Origin: Desulfobaccales bacterium
GTDB lineage: Bacteria; Desulfobacterota; Desulfobaccia; Desulfobaccales; 0-14-0-80-60-11
Direction of reading: 5' to 3'
NCBI GenBank assembly: GCA_052326585.1
Contig: JBKQLU010000023.1
Coordinates: 7,800 to 71,799 of the forward strand
DNA: 64,000 nt
Every line of letters starts with the position of its first letter. Within the stretch, counting starts at the first letter, position 1. Positions 1-12,833 of this stretch are shown here, piece after piece. The notes beneath the pieces are model-generated. The model ran no database searches, was not told where the DNA came from, and saw only the letters and a list, made by a program, of their open reading frames with translations. The position numbers and the translations under genes are program-made.

Positions 1-93
1 ATGGATTCAGGATATCGCCAACGCATGTCCTGATCTCCTCAATTATCATTGATATATTCATAAACACTGCTGACATAGTTGAACTCTGAATCT

Positions 94-130
94 TACTGAC
101 TACTGACTACTGACTACTGACTACTGACTA
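94..130. repeat. Tandem heptanucleotide repeat TACTGAC x5 plus a partial copy, upstream of rodA
   Basis: Read directly: tactgac is repeated head-to-tail from 94 to 128, then ta. The repeat ends 21 nt before the rodA ATG at 152. Confidence 0.9.
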
Positions 131-151
131 CCGGCCTCTGGCTACTAATCC

Positions 152-1252
152 ATGTTCGACCGCCGTTTAGTGCAAAACTTCGATTACCTGGTCCTGGGGC
201 TGGTGCTGTGCATCGCCGCCATGGGCATCGTCAATCTCTATAGCGCCGCCTTCAACCGGGGCGAAGGGAGTCCCCTTTACATCAAACAGTGCTACTGGCT
301 GGCGGTGGGCCTGGCCTTGATGTTCCTGACCCTGTTCTATGACTACCGGCACCTGGAGAAGCTCGCTTATCCCCTCTATTGCCTCAGTATCCTGACCCTG
401 GTGGGGGTGATGGCGGCCGGTAAGATGGTGGCCGGCTCTCGGCGCTGGCTGCCCCTGGGGCCCTTTTCCTTTCAGCCGGCGGAGCTGGCCAAGATCGCGG
501 TGATTCTGGCCCTGGCTGCTTATTTCAACCGCCGCCCGCGGTTGGAGGCCATGCGCTTGAAGGATCTGGTGGTCCCGGGATTGCTGGTTTTGATCCCGGT
601 GGCACTGATCATCAAGCAGCCGGACCTGGGCTCCGGCATCCTGGTGGCCCTGGTGGCGGGCAGCATGATCCTCTTCGCCGGGGTCCGCTGGCGCACCCTG
701 GCGGGCCTGGCCCTGACCATGGGGCTATGCTCCCCGCTGGTGTGGATCCTGCTCAAGGGCTATCAGCGGCAGCGGGTGCTCACCCTCTTCAATCCGGGAA
801 AGGACCCCCTGGGGGCGGGCTACCACATCCTGCAGTCCATGATTGCCGTGGGCTCCGGCCAGTTCTGGGGCAAGGGTTTCCTGCAAGGGACCCAGAGCCA
901 GCTCTATTTTTTGCCGGAACAGCACACCGATTTCGTCTTTTCGGTCTTCGCGGAGGAGTGGGGCTTCGTGGGCTCGACGGTGCTCTTGCTCCTGTTCGCC
1001 GGCCTGGCCTTGTGGGGTTTGGGGGTGGCCCGGGACTGCAAGGAGCGCTTCGGCCACTTCCTGGCCCTGGGGGTGACCGCCCTGATCTTCTGGCAAATCT
1101 TTATCAATCTCTGTATGGTTACCGGGGTTCTGCCGGTGGTGGGCATCCCCCTGCCGCTTTTCAGTTACGGCGGCTCCTCTCTGGTGACCACCCTCCTGGG
1201 TCTGGGATTTCTCTTTAATATCCGTATGCGCCGCTATCTCTTCGGGGCTTAA
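152..1252 (+). CDS. rodA: SEDS-family peptidoglycan glycosyltransferase RodA (rod shape-determining protein)
   Basis: 366 aa polytopic membrane ORF with SEDS motifs (FQPAELAKI, KQPDLGS, LPEQHTDFVFSVFAEEWGF, PLPLFSYGGSS). The length fits RodA better than FtsW. Confidence 0.85.
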   Translation: MFDRRLVQNFDYLVLGLVLCIAAMGIVNLYSAAFNRGEGSPLYIKQCYWLAVGLALMFLTLFYDYRHLEKLAYPLYCLSILTLVGVMAAGKMVAGSRRWLPLGPFSFQPAELAKIAVILALAAYFNRRPRLEAMRLKDLVVPGLLVLIPVALIIKQPDLGSGILVALVAGSMILFAGVRWRTLAGLALTMGLCSPLVWILLKGYQRQRVLTLFNPGKDPLGAGYHILQSMIAVGSGQFWGKGFLQGTQSQLYFLPEQHTDFVFSVFAEEWGFVGSTVLLLLFAGLALWGLGVARDCKERFGHFLALGVTALIFWQIFINLCMVTGVLPVVGIPLPLFSYGGSSLVTTLLGLGFLFNIRMRRYLFGA

Positions 1253-1272
1253 AAATTTTTTGAAAAAAATTT

Positions 1273-1301
1273 TTGACAGCCCGGAAAAAATAGGCTAAAA
1301 A
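1273..1301 (+). promoter_or_regulatory. Candidate sigma70 promoter for the atp operon
   Basis: TTGACA (1273-1278), a 17 nt spacer, then TAAAAA (1296-1301). It is preceded by an A/T-rich UP-like tract and lies about 100 nt upstream of the first atp ORF. Confidence 0.4.
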
Positions 1302-1403
1302 AGGGTTCGTGAAAAGTTACACATGGGCTCATCCCCGGGACCGATCCTTGTATGCAGTTAAGTCATTCTTTTAATAGAATAAAATGCGAGGTGGCAGCCA
1401 GGC

Positions 1404-1832
1404 ATGATTCAGATCGATTGGAGCGTCGGCGCACAACTGGTCACTTTTTTGATCCTGGTCTTTCTCCTCAATAAGGTGCTGTTCCGGCCCATCCGGGAGG
1501 CCCTGAAGGAGCGCCAGGCCAGAATGGATGCCCAAGCGGCCGACATCAATTTTATGGAGGCCCAGGGTCAGGGGCTGGATGGTGAAACCAAGGACAAGCT
1601 GGCCGCCGCCCGGCAGGAAGGGGCCGGGGCCCGGGAGTCCTTGAAACAGGAAGGGTCGGAGGCGGAAGCGTCCCTGCTGGCGGAAATCAAGCGGGAGGTG
1701 GACCTGGAATGGTCGCAGGTGGCGCGGCAGATCCAGGAAGACGTAGCGCGGGCCCGGAAGGCCCTGAAGACTCAGACCCAGTCCTTCGCCCAGTTGCTGG
1801 CCGCCAAGATCCTGGGGAGGGAGCTCACATGA
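1404..1832 (+). CDS. F-type ATP synthase Fo subunit b' (b paralogue)
   Basis: 142 aa with one N-terminal TM helix followed by a long charged helix (LNKVLFRPIREALKERQARMD). It is the first gene of the atp cluster and its stop overlaps the next start (ATGA). Confidence 0.8.
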   Translation: MIQIDWSVGAQLVTFLILVFLLNKVLFRPIREALKERQARMDAQAADINFMEAQGQGLDGETKDKLAAARQEGAGARESLKQEGSEAEASLLAEIKREVDLEWSQVARQIQEDVARARKALKTQTQSFAQLLAAKILGRELT

Positions 1833-2446
1833 ACCTGGAGAACCGAACCGGCTGGCGCTGGATCATCGCGGTCCTCTTGGCCCTGGCGGTCTGCCTGTTG
1901 CTGGTGGGGCTGGCCCTGGCCGAGGAGGCGGTGCACGGCGGTCATGAGGGCATCAGCCCGGCCAAGATTACCGATTTCACCTGGCGCTCCGTCAATTTTT
2001 TGGTGTTCGCCGGCCTTCTGATCTATCTCCTCACCAAAAAGTTTCCCATTAAGAACTTCTTTGCGGCCCGTTCCGAGGAGATCGCCCAAAGCCTGGAGGA
2101 TCTGGAGGGGAAAAAGGCGGCGGCGGCCGCGGCCCTCAAGGAGGCGGAAGCCCGCCTGGCTGAGGTTGCCAAGGAGCGGGAAGCCATTCTTAAGCAATAT
2201 CTGGCCGAAGGCGAGATGGAAAAGAGCAAGATCCTGGACAAGGCCAACCTGGTGGCGGCTCGCATCAAAGAGATGGCAGCCCTCACCATCCAGCAGGAAA
2301 CCAGAAAGGCCACCCAGGGACTGCGGGAGGAAGTGGCCGACCTGGCCGCCCAGATGGCCGCCGATCTCATTAAAGAGAAGGCAACCTTCGCGGACCAGCA
2401 GGGTCTGGTGAAGGAATATCTTAAAAAGGTGGTGGAGACCCATTGA
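1829..2446 (+). CDS. atpF: F-type ATP synthase Fo subunit b
   Basis: The internal ATG at 1829 (MNLENRTGW...) overlaps the upstream stop. The product has an N-terminal TM helix and an Ala/Glu/Lys-rich coiled coil. The tracked ORF start at 1709 lies inside the previous gene. Confidence 0.8.
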   Translation: MNLENRTGWRWIIAVLLALAVCLLLVGLALAEEAVHGGHEGISPAKITDFTWRSVNFLVFAGLLIYLLTKKFPIKNFFAARSEEIAQSLEDLEGKKAAAAAALKEAEARLAEVAKEREAILKQYLAEGEMEKSKILDKANLVAARIKEMAALTIQQETRKATQGLREEVADLAAQMAADLIKEKATFADQQGLVKEYLKKVVETH

Positions 2447-2991
2447 TTGATTTGACTGTTGCCCGACGCTATGCCAGGGCCTTGCTGACCCTCGGCCAAA
2501 AAGACGGCAAATACAAGGAGTATGGCGAGGCTATAAGTGGGTTCGCCCATCTTTTGCAGCGGGAGCCGGAATTGCGGGACGCCCTTCTCAATCCGGTTTT
2601 CAGCCGGGAGGACCGCCGCAAAGTACTCCTCCGGATGATTAAACTTGTGAAGATGCCCCCCCTGGTGGCCAACCTGCTGCAACTCATGTTCGACAAGCTC
2701 CGCCTCAACACCCTGGACGGCGTGGCCCAGTCTTATCAGCAATTGGTGGACGGGGTGGAGAACGTCAGCCGGGCCCAGGTCAAGGCCGCCATTCCCTTGG
2801 AGGATGCTACCCGGAAGCGGCTGCTGCAAGCCCTGGAGAAACTCACCGGCACCACGGTGGTGATGGAGGTGGAGGAAGATCCCAGCATCATCGGCGGCAT
2901 CGTGGCCCGGGTGGGGGACCTGGTACTGGACGGCAGCGTGCGCACCCAGATCGATTCCTTAAGAGAATCCTTAATAAAAGGCGAGGTCTGA
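2443..2991 (+). CDS. atpH: F-type ATP synthase F1 subunit delta (OSCP)
   Basis: 182 aa with a TTG start overlapping the atpF stop. The N-terminus (ARRYARAL) and C-terminus (IIGGIVARVGDLVLDGSVRTQIDSL) are typical of delta subunits. Confidence 0.85.
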   Translation: MIDLTVARRYARALLTLGQKDGKYKEYGEAISGFAHLLQREPELRDALLNPVFSREDRRKVLLRMIKLVKMPPLVANLLQLMFDKLRLNTLDGVAQSYQQLVDGVENVSRAQVKAAIPLEDATRKRLLQALEKLTGTTVVMEVEEDPSIIGGIVARVGDLVLDGSVRTQIDSLRESLIKGEV

Positions 2992-2994
2992 TCA

Positions 2995-4515
<1,521 letters not shown>

Positions 4516-4530
4516 TACTGAGGGATAAGG

Positions 4531-5400
4531 ATGGCGACCCTAAGGGATATCAGACAAAAGATCGGCGCGGTTAAAAAGACCCAGCAGATCACCAAGGCCA
4601 TGAACATGGTCTCCGCCGCCAAATTGCGGGGGGCGCAGCAACGCATGGAGGGCTTTCGGCCCTATGCCCGGGCCTTTTCCATGATGCTGAGCAATATCGC
4701 TGGCCGGGTGGAGCCGGAGACCCATCCCTTCTTTACCCCGGCCCCCGAAGTCAACCGGGTGGGGCTGGTGCTGATGACCGCCGACCGGGGCCTGTGCGGC
4801 TCCTTCAACGGCAACCTGATCACCCAGGCGGTGAAGTTCATCAGGGCAAAAGAGGCGGAAGGCATCGAGGTTTCCCTGATCTGCGTGGGCCGGAAAGGCC
4901 GGGACTTTTTCCGGCGGCGGCAACGGGAAATGCTGGCTCAATTCGTAGATGTATGGAACAAGTTCGATTTCTCCAACGCGGTGACGGTGGCCCGGGAGAT
5001 CATGAGCGCCTTCTTGACCGGAGCGGTGCAGGAGGTCCACCTGATCTACTCCACCTTCATCAATATGGCGGTCCAAAGGCCGACTCTGGTGCAGCTCCTA
5101 CCCATTCAACCCGGGGAGATCGCGGCAGAGGGCGTCAGCGTGGAGTATCTCTTCGAGCCGCCCATGGAACAGTTCCTGGAATATCTGCTGCCCAAATACA
5201 TCAACGTCCAGGTCTACCACGGCTTCCTGGAAAATTCCGCCAGCGAATATGCCGCCCGGATGACCGCCATGGACAATGCCCAAAGCAACTGCAAGGAAAT
5301 GATCACCCAACTCACCCTGGTGATGAACAAGGCGCGGCAGGCGACCATTACCAGAGAATTGATGGATATCGTGGGCGGGGCTGAAGCCCTGAAGGGTTAA
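4531..5400 (+). CDS. atpG: F-type ATP synthase F1 subunit gamma
   Basis: 289 aa. MATLRDIRQKIGAVKKTQQITKAMNMVSAAKLR at the N-terminus and ITRELMDIVGGAEAL at the C-terminus. Confidence 0.95.
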   Translation: MATLRDIRQKIGAVKKTQQITKAMNMVSAAKLRGAQQRMEGFRPYARAFSMMLSNIAGRVEPETHPFFTPAPEVNRVGLVLMTADRGLCGSFNGNLITQAVKFIRAKEAEGIEVSLICVGRKGRDFFRRRQREMLAQFVDVWNKFDFSNAVTVAREIMSAFLTGAVQEVHLIYSTFINMAVQRPTLVQLLPIQPGEIAAEGVSVEYLFEPPMEQFLEYLLPKYINVQVYHGFLENSASEYAARMTAMDNAQSNCKEMITQLTLVMNKARQATITRELMDIVGGAEALKG

Positions 5401-5423
5401 TCCGCCCGGAGGAGGAGCGTTAG

Positions 5424-6836
<1,413 letters not shown>

Positions 6837-6854
6837 GGCAGGAGGCTGGGACCC

Positions 6855-7262
6855 ATGGCAGAAAAGAAACTTCGTTTGGAAGTGGTGACTCCCGATCGCC
6901 TGGTGCTGTCCACCGACGCCGACGTGGTGGTTTGTCCGGGAGTGGAGGGCCAGTTCGGCGTCCTGGTGGGCCACATCCCCTTCCTGAGCGCCCTGGAAAT
7001 AGGTGAAATGTACTACCGGCTGGGCGGCAAGACGGAATATCTTTGCATCAGCGGTGGCTTTGCCGAGGTCACCGGCGAAAAGGTGACTATCGTTGCCGAA
7101 GCTGCTGAGCGCAGCTGTGATATTGACCTGGAACGGGCGCGGCGGGCCAGAGAACGGGCGGAACGCCGCCTATCCATGGCCAAGACCGAACAACTCGATT
7201 GGACCCGGGTCGAGGTCGCCCTGCGCCGCGCCATGGTGCGCACCAAGGTGGCCGGCCGCTAA
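6855..7262 (+). CDS. atpC: F-type ATP synthase F1 subunit epsilon
   Basis: 135 aa. [12 protein letters not shown] at the N-terminus, a C-terminal helical hairpin, and last position in the operon. Confidence 0.9.
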   Translation: MAEKKLRLEVVTPDRLVLSTDADVVVCPGVEGQFGVLVGHIPFLSALEIGEMYYRLGGKTEYLCISGGFAEVTGEKVTIVAEAAERSCDIDLERARRARERAERRLSMAKTEQLDWTRVEVALRRAMVRTKVAGR

Positions 7263-7290
7263 CCAACTGCAATTGAACCGAAACCCAAGG

Positions 7291-7326
7291 GGCAAGCCTG
7301 TGAAAGCGGGCTTGCCTTTTTCATTT
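7291..7326 (+). terminator. Rho-independent terminator after atpC
   Basis: GGCAAGCC (7291-7298) pairs with GGCTTGCC (7309-7316) and is followed by TTTTTCATTTTT. Confidence 0.75.
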
Positions 7327-7515
7327 TTACAAATAGATCATTTTATTATATGTTTTTTATATCAAGTTTGAATAACGGTCATAGGCAAAGCTTCTTAATA
7401 GAGGAGAATTCGCATGAATAGAGAAGAGTCTTTGCCCCAACATACGTTTTGGCAAGCCATGTATCCGAGGACACCGCGTCTGGGTTTCCCTTGGGCAGTG
7501 GATTAAGGTTAAGTA

Positions 7516-8919
7516 ATGAATAAACCTGAAATCGAGAAGATCACCGCCATCGTCCTGGCCGCGGGGCAGGGCACCCGTATGAAGTCGGCCCGGCCCAAGG
7601 TGCTCCATGAAATCCTGGGCCGCCCCATGATCGCCTACCTGCTGGATACCCTGAAGGCCGCCGGGATCGAGGACATCGTGATGGTGGTGGGCTACCGGGA
7701 GGCGGAGGTCCGGGAGGCCATAGCAGATTCCGGGGTGCGCTTTGTGGTCCAGGAGCCCCAGAACGGCACCGGCCACGCGGTGCAGGCGGCCCTGGCCGCG
7801 GGTTTACCGGCGGCGGCCCGGACGGTCCTGGTGCTCTGCGGCGATGCCCCGCTGATTGCCGGGGAGAGCATCCTGGCGCTGCACCGGCTGCATCAGGAAA
7901 CCGGGGCGGCGGTCACCATGCAGACCATCGAACTGGACGACGGGGTCCATTATGGCCGGGTGGTGCGGGACCAGGGGAGGCGGGTCACGGCGGTGGTGCA
8001 GGCCAAAGACGCCCGGGAGCATCCGGACATCCTGGCGATCCGGGAGATTAATACCGGCGCCTATTTTTTTGACGCCGCCTTCCTGGGGGCGGCCCTGCAA
8101 GGTCTTAAGCCCAGCCCGGTGACCGGCGAAATCTATCTCACCGACCTGATCCAGATCGCCCGGGACCAGGGCCTGTCCGTTGCGGCCCTGGTGGACCCGG
8201 ACCGGGACAGCCTCCTGGGCATCAACAGCCGGGCCGAGCTGGCCGCGGCCACCCAGGCCGTGAAACGCAGGATCAACGCCAGGCACCTGGACCAGGGGGT
8301 CACCCTGGTCGATCCCGAGTCCACCTATATCGAGGCCGGGGTAAGCATCGGCCCGGACACGGTCATCCACCCCAACGTCTTTCTCCAGGGAGCCACCGTC
8401 ATTGGCCAGGACTGCGTCATTGAGGCTTCAGTCAAGATCGTCGATTCCACCCTGGAAGATAACGTCCATATTAAAATGGGCTGCGTCATTACCAAGAGCC
8501 ACATCGGGGCCGGGGCGGACACCGGACCCTTTGCCCATCTTCGGCCCGGCGCCGACCTGCGGCAAAGGGTGCACGTCGGCAACTTCGTGGAGGTGAAGAA
8601 ATCAGTGCTCCATGAAGGGGTCAAGGCCGGGCACCTCACCTACCTGGGGGACGCCGAGGTAGGCGCCGGGGCCAACGTGGGCGCTGGCACCATCACCTGC
8701 AATTATGACGGGGCCAAAAAGCACCCCACCATCATCGGGGAGGGGGCCTTCATCGGCAGCAACACCGCCTTGGTGGCGCCAGTGACCGTGGGCGCCGGGG
8801 CCTACGTCGGGGCCGGTTCCACCATCACCCATGACGTGCCGCCGGGCAAGCTGGCCATCTCCCGGGCCCGGCAGGTGAACCTGGAGCGCAAGCTAATCGG
8901 CCAGAAAAAGAAGGACTAG
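7516..8919 (+). CDS. glmU: Bifunctional UDP-N-acetylglucosamine pyrophosphorylase / GlcN-1-P acetyltransferase
   Basis: 467 aa. LAAGQGTRMKS nucleotidyltransferase motif at the N-terminus and left-handed beta-helix hexapeptide repeats at the C-terminus. Confidence 0.95.
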   Translation: MNKPEIEKITAIVLAAGQGTRMKSARPKVLHEILGRPMIAYLLDTLKAAGIEDIVMVVGYREAEVREAIADSGVRFVVQEPQNGTGHAVQAALAAGLPAAARTVLVLCGDAPLIAGESILALHRLHQETGAAVTMQTIELDDGVHYGRVVRDQGRRVTAVVQAKDAREHPDILAIREINTGAYFFDAAFLGAALQGLKPSPVTGEIYLTDLIQIARDQGLSVAALVDPDRDSLLGINSRAELAAATQAVKRRINARHLDQGVTLVDPESTYIEAGVSIGPDTVIHPNVFLQGATVIGQDCVIEASVKIVDSTLEDNVHIKMGCVITKSHIGAGADTGPFAHLRPGADLRQRVHVGNFVEVKKSVLHEGVKAGHLTYLGDAEVGAGANVGAGTITCNYDGAKKHPTIIGEGAFIGSNTALVAPVTVGAGAYVGAGSTITHDVPPGKLAISRARQVNLERKLIGQKKKD

Positions 8920-9070
8920 GGATCAGTGGCCAGTCTATTATCCGAAGTTCACGCTGGTCTGGGAACGGGGCCTGGCCGGGACTTAATGGCCGGGTCCGTG
9001 GTCATCCCCAAAGCAATCAGTTTTTAGTGGCAGCTCATTCTGACCAGGGCCTGCATCGAGGGAGGTAATT

Positions 9071-10900
9071 ATGTGCGGCATCATCGGTTATCTGGGGCCC
9101 CGGGAGGCCATGCCTATCATCCTGGACGGCCTCAAGCGCCTGGAGTATCGCGGCTACGATTCCGCCGGGATGGCGGTGATCAGCGATCACGCCGTCGACA
9201 TTCGCCGCAGCCTGGGTAAACTGGCGGAACTGGAAAAATTGTTAAGCCAGCATCCCCTGCCGGGCCAGGTGGGTATCGGCCACACCCGCTGGGCCACCCA
9301 TGGCCGCCCCTCCGAGGCCAACGCCCATCCCCACCTGGTGGACTCCATCGCGGTGGTTCACAACGGCATCATCGAGAACTATCTGGACCTCAAGGAAGAC
9401 CTGCTCAAGGAGGGCCACCACTTCTCATCGGAGACGGATACGGAGATCGTCTCGCACCTCATCGTCAAGCATCTGCGCCAGGGGGCGGAATATCTGGAGG
9501 CGGTGCGCCTCTCCCTGGAGGCCATCCGGGGATCCTACGCCCTGGTCATGGTCAATGCCAATGAGCCCCGGATGCTGGTGGCGGCCCGCAAGGAGAGCCC
9601 CCTGATCCTGGGGCTGGGGGAGGAGGAATATTTCCTGGCCTCCGATATCCCCGCCATCCTGCCCTACACCCGGCGGGTGATCTTTCTGGAGGACCACGAC
9701 CTGGTGGTTCTCAAAGAGGGTGGCTTTTCCCTGCTGGGGCGGGACGGGCAGCCGGTTAGCCGCCAGGTGCACCAGATCTCCTGGAGCCCGGCCATGGCGG
9801 AGAAGGCGGGCTACAAACACTTCATGAAGAAGGAGATCTTCGAGCAGCCCCGCGTCTTGATCGACACCTTTAGGGGCCGGATCGACCCCGACCTGGGAGA
9901 GGTGATGCTGGAGGAGATCGCCCTCTCCCAGGAGGATATCCAGAAGCTGCGCAAGATCTTTCTGGTAGCCTGCGGCACCTCCTACCATGCCGCCATGGTG
10001 GGCAAGATCCTGATCGAGAGCCTGAGCCGCCTGCCGGTGGAGGTGGACCTGGGCTCCGAGTTCCGTTACCGCCGGCCCCTGGTGGATGCCGGGACCCTGT
10101 TGATTCCCATCTCCCAATCCGGGGAGACCGCGGACACCCGGGCCGGACTCATAGCCGGCAAGGAACTGGGGGCCAAAAGTCTGGCCATCGTCAACGCGGT
10201 GGGCTCCAGCATCGCCCGGGAGGCCGACGCGGTCCTTTACACCCACGCCGGCCCGGAGATCGGGGTGGCCTCCACCAAGGCCTTCAGCACCCAGTTGGTG
10301 GCCCTCTATCTCATTGCCCTGTTTCTGGCCAGCCGCACCGGAAAGATCACCCGGGACCAGGTGCGGCATCGCCTCCAGGAATTATTGAAATTGCCCACCT
10401 GGGTCCAGGAGACCCTGGACCTGGATGAAAAGATCCGGGAGACGGCGCGGCGCTACATGGAGGCGCGCAACTTTCTCTACCTGGGGCGGGGTCTCCATTA
10501 TCCCATCGCCCTGGAGGGGGCCTTGAAACTCAAGGAAATCTCCTATATCCACGCCGAAGGCTACGCCGCCGGGGAGATGAAACACGGCCCCATTGCTTTG
10601 ATCGACCGGGAGATGCCGGTGGTGGTCCTGGCCACCCGGAGCCCGGTGCTGGAGAAGATCCAGGGAAATATCGAAGAGGTGACGGCCCGGGGCGGGCGCA
10701 TCATCGCCATCACCGAAGCCGACAATTACCAGGTCCAGGAACGGGTGGAGAGCGTGATTCCGGTGCCCCAGGCGCCCCTGGATCTCTCCCCCAGCGTCCT
10801 GGTGACCCCCCTGCAACTGCTGGCCTATCACATCGCCGACCTCAGGGGCACCGACGTGGACCAACCCCGCAACCTGGCCAAGAGCGTCACGGTGGAATAA
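9071..10900 (+). CDS. glmS: Glutamine--fructose-6-phosphate aminotransferase
   Basis: 609 aa. MCGIIGY Ntn-amidotransferase start, two SIS domains, and a C-terminal NLAKSVTVE. Confidence 0.97.
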   Translation: MCGIIGYLGPREAMPIILDGLKRLEYRGYDSAGMAVISDHAVDIRRSLGKLAELEKLLSQHPLPGQVGIGHTRWATHGRPSEANAHPHLVDSIAVVHNGIIENYLDLKEDLLKEGHHFSSETDTEIVSHLIVKHLRQGAEYLEAVRLSLEAIRGSYALVMVNANEPRMLVAARKESPLILGLGEEEYFLASDIPAILPYTRRVIFLEDHDLVVLKEGGFSLLGRDGQPVSRQVHQISWSPAMAEKAGYKHFMKKEIFEQPRVLIDTFRGRIDPDLGEVMLEEIALSQEDIQKLRKIFLVACGTSYHAAMVGKILIESLSRLPVEVDLGSEFRYRRPLVDAGTLLIPISQSGETADTRAGLIAGKELGAKSLAIVNAVGSSIAREADAVLYTHAGPEIGVASTKAFSTQLVALYLIALFLASRTGKITRDQVRHRLQELLKLPTWVQETLDLDEKIRETARRYMEARNFLYLGRGLHYPIALEGALKLKEISYIHAEGYAAGEMKHGPIALIDREMPVVVLATRSPVLEKIQGNIEEVTARGGRIIAITEADNYQVQERVESVIPVPQAPLDLSPSVLVTPLQLLAYHIADLRGTDVDQPRNLAKSVTVE

Positions 10901-10963
10901 AAAAAGGTAGGGGTTAGGTATTACCAGCCCATAGGCCTCACCCCTATCCCCTGATCCCGGCAT

Positions 10964-11248
10964 TTATTCGCAAAGCAAGGCGAAGCGCGGCCGGCGGATC
11001 GATTCGTGGTGGCAGAGAGGGCAGCGGGAGGGGGTGGTGAGGCGCTCCCGTTTCTTAAAGGCAAAGCCGCAGTTCTTGCAGACCGCCGGGGTGGTACGGA
11101 ACCGGCAACCGGGCCCCGGGGCCAGGGCGATGTGAGCCAGGTGGTCCAGCACCTCCTTCTCCGGCAAGGAGAGGCGTTGGGAGAGTTCCAGGCTGGAGAA
11201 TACGTCCTCCCGCAACAATTCTTTGATCATTTGACGCGGGGTCGGCAT
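10964..11248 (-). CDS. Small predicted transcriptional regulator: HTH fused to a C-terminal Zn-ribbon
   Basis: 94 aa. The N-terminal wHTH-like segment (FSSLELSQRLSLPEKEVLDHLAHI) is followed by CKNCGF...CPLCHHE. It is the last gene of the metal-transport string. Confidence 0.55.
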   Translation of the reverse strand: MPTPRQMIKELLREDVFSSLELSQRLSLPEKEVLDHLAHIALAPGPGCRFRTTPAVCKNCGFAFKKRERLTTPSRCPLCHHESIRRPRFALLCE

Positions 11249-11275
11249 GGAGACCCCTCCATCGGATCGGGGCTG

Positions 11276-11803
11276 CTACTGTCTGGTGATCGGGCCGCAA
11301 GCGATACGGGGGCCGGCGTTGCCCACGGGCTGGGACATCTGATCATCGGGATGCTCGTGGATCACCAGGGAGGTGCCGCCCGCCTGAAAAAGAGAATTCT
11401 TCTCCCCTTCCTTCAGGGTGACCAGGGGCGCCAATATCTGAACAGTGGCGCGGCCGTCCTGACCCACCTCGATGTTGGGAAGGTCCCCGGCGTGGGGCCC
11501 CAGGGGATTTTTCAAGCCATGCTCCTTTCCAAACGGGTTGAAGTGGCCCCCGGCGCTCGTGAAGTCCGGGGGTTGACAGACCCCTTTTTCGTGGATATGC
11601 ATCGCGTGGACCCCGGGGGGCATATTTTCCAGGATAAGATCAATCAGGACACCAGTGGGAGTCTGGGTAAATTTGGCCTCGCCGACCTTCTGCCCCTGGG
11701 CGTTGACCAGGTCCGCCTTGGCCGCTGGCCCCTTGGATTCACCGCAGCCCCAGATCAGCACTGCTGCCAAAGCCATTGCCGCTGCCAGGACTCTTGATCT
11801 CAT
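11276..11803 (-). CDS. sodC: Cu/Zn superoxide dismutase, lipoprotein form
   Basis: Metal ligand blocks HAMHIHEKG, GGHFNP, HAGDLPN and LVIHEHPDD. The start is taken at MRSRVLAAAMALAAVLIWGC (lipobox), preceded by AGGAGG. The tracked ORF extends upstream to 11917. Confidence 0.85.
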   Translation of the reverse strand: MRSRVLAAAMALAAVLIWGCGESKGPAAKADLVNAQGQKVGEAKFTQTPTGVLIDLILENMPPGVHAMHIHEKGVCQPPDFTSAGGHFNPFGKEHGLKNPLGPHAGDLPNIEVGQDGRATVQILAPLVTLKEGEKNSLFQAGGTSLVIHEHPDDQMSQPVGNAGPRIACGPITRQ

Positions 11804-11888
11804 CTGAGCCCTCCTTAGGATGATTTTTGCGGGTTCCCCTAAATTTAAGACGCACCTGGCCAAAATCCACCCCCGCAGGGCAATTACC

Positions 11889-12815
11889 TCAGATGCCTTT
11901 CCGCATGGCCGCGGCAATCAGGGTGACATTATGCCTAAACATCTCCAGGTAGGTGGGGGCCGGCCCATCCGGCTTGGACAAGGCATCGGAATAGAGCGTG
12001 CCCCCCAAGGTGACGCCGCTTTCTTTGGCGACCTGCTCCATCAGGCGCGGATCGGTGACGTTTTCCAAAAAGACGGCGGTGGTCTTTTCCCGGCGGATCT
12101 GTTTGATGAGATTGGCGATATCGCGGGCGGAGGCCTCACTTTCGGTGCTGAAGCCGACGGGTGAGATAATGGTAATACCATAGGCCGCCCCAAAATAACC
12201 GAAGGCGTCATGGGTGGTGATCATGCGCCGCTTCGGTTTGGGTATGCCGGAAAATTCCTGCCGCACCCATTGATCGAGTTCGTTAAGCTGCGCGGTATAG
12301 GCCGCGGCATTGGCCCGATAGACGGAGGCGCCGGCGGGATCTGCCGTTTCCAGCCCCCTGGCGATATTTTGGACATAAAGCCGGGCGTTGCCCACATCCT
12401 GCCAGGCATGAGGGTCAACCATCAAAGGCCCGTGTTTGGCGCCCGTCTCGAGTTCTTCCGCCGCCATCTTCCGGGACTTAACCCCCTGGCTGGCCACCAC
12501 CACCGGGCCCTGGTAGCCGGAAGTCTTGACCAGACGATCCAGCCAGCCCTCCAGGGCGAGGCCATTGACCACGACCAGGTCGGCGCCGCCCACGGCCTTG
12601 GCATCCGCCGGGGTCGGCTCGTAGACGTGGACGTCTCCATCGGGACCGACCAGGGTGGTTACCTCGATCCGGTCGCCGCCGACGTTTTTGGCCAGGTCGC
12701 CGAGGATGCTGAAGGTGGCGACCACCTTGAGCTTCTTCTCGGCACTGGCCGCGGTTCCGCCTCCGGCCAGGCAGAGGGCCAAAACCAGGCTGAAAACTCT
12801 GAGGCTCACTGACAT
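11889..12815 (-). CDS. Metal (Zn/Mn) ABC transporter substrate-binding protein, ZnuA/TroA family
   Basis: 308 aa with a signal peptide, then KVVATFSILGDLAKNVGGDRIEVTTLVGPDGDVHVYEPTPAD, typical of cluster A-I binding proteins. No His-rich loop was seen, so metal specificity is left open. Confidence 0.85.
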   Translation of the reverse strand: MSVSLRVFSLVLALCLAGGGTAASAEKKLKVVATFSILGDLAKNVGGDRIEVTTLVGPDGDVHVYEPTPADAKAVGGADLVVVNGLALEGWLDRLVKTSGYQGPVVVASQGVKSRKMAAEELETGAKHGPLMVDPHAWQDVGNARLYVQNIARGLETADPAGASVYRANAAAYTAQLNELDQWVRQEFSGIPKPKRRMITTHDAFGYFGAAYGITIISPVGFSTESEASARDIANLIKQIRREKTTAVFLENVTDPRLMEQVAKESGVTLGGTLYSDALSKPDGPAPTYLEMFRHNVTLIAAAMRKGI

Positions 12816-12833
12816 AATCCTCTCCTTTTTAGT

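Noticed and set aside
7414-7506. 30-codon ORF (MNREESLPQHTFWQAMYPRTPRLGFPWAVD) with a GAGGAG RBS in the atpC-glmU spacer.
   Set aside because: There is only a plausible RBS, with no recognisable features or composition signal. It could equally be part of the glmU 5' UTR. It is left unannotated.
8920-9070. Checked the glmU-glmS spacer for a glmS ribozyme.
   Set aside because: No resemblance to the conserved glmS ribozyme core was seen, and such ribozymes are mainly a Gram-positive feature. The spacer looks like an ordinary intercistronic region with an RBS (GAGGGAGG) before the ATG.
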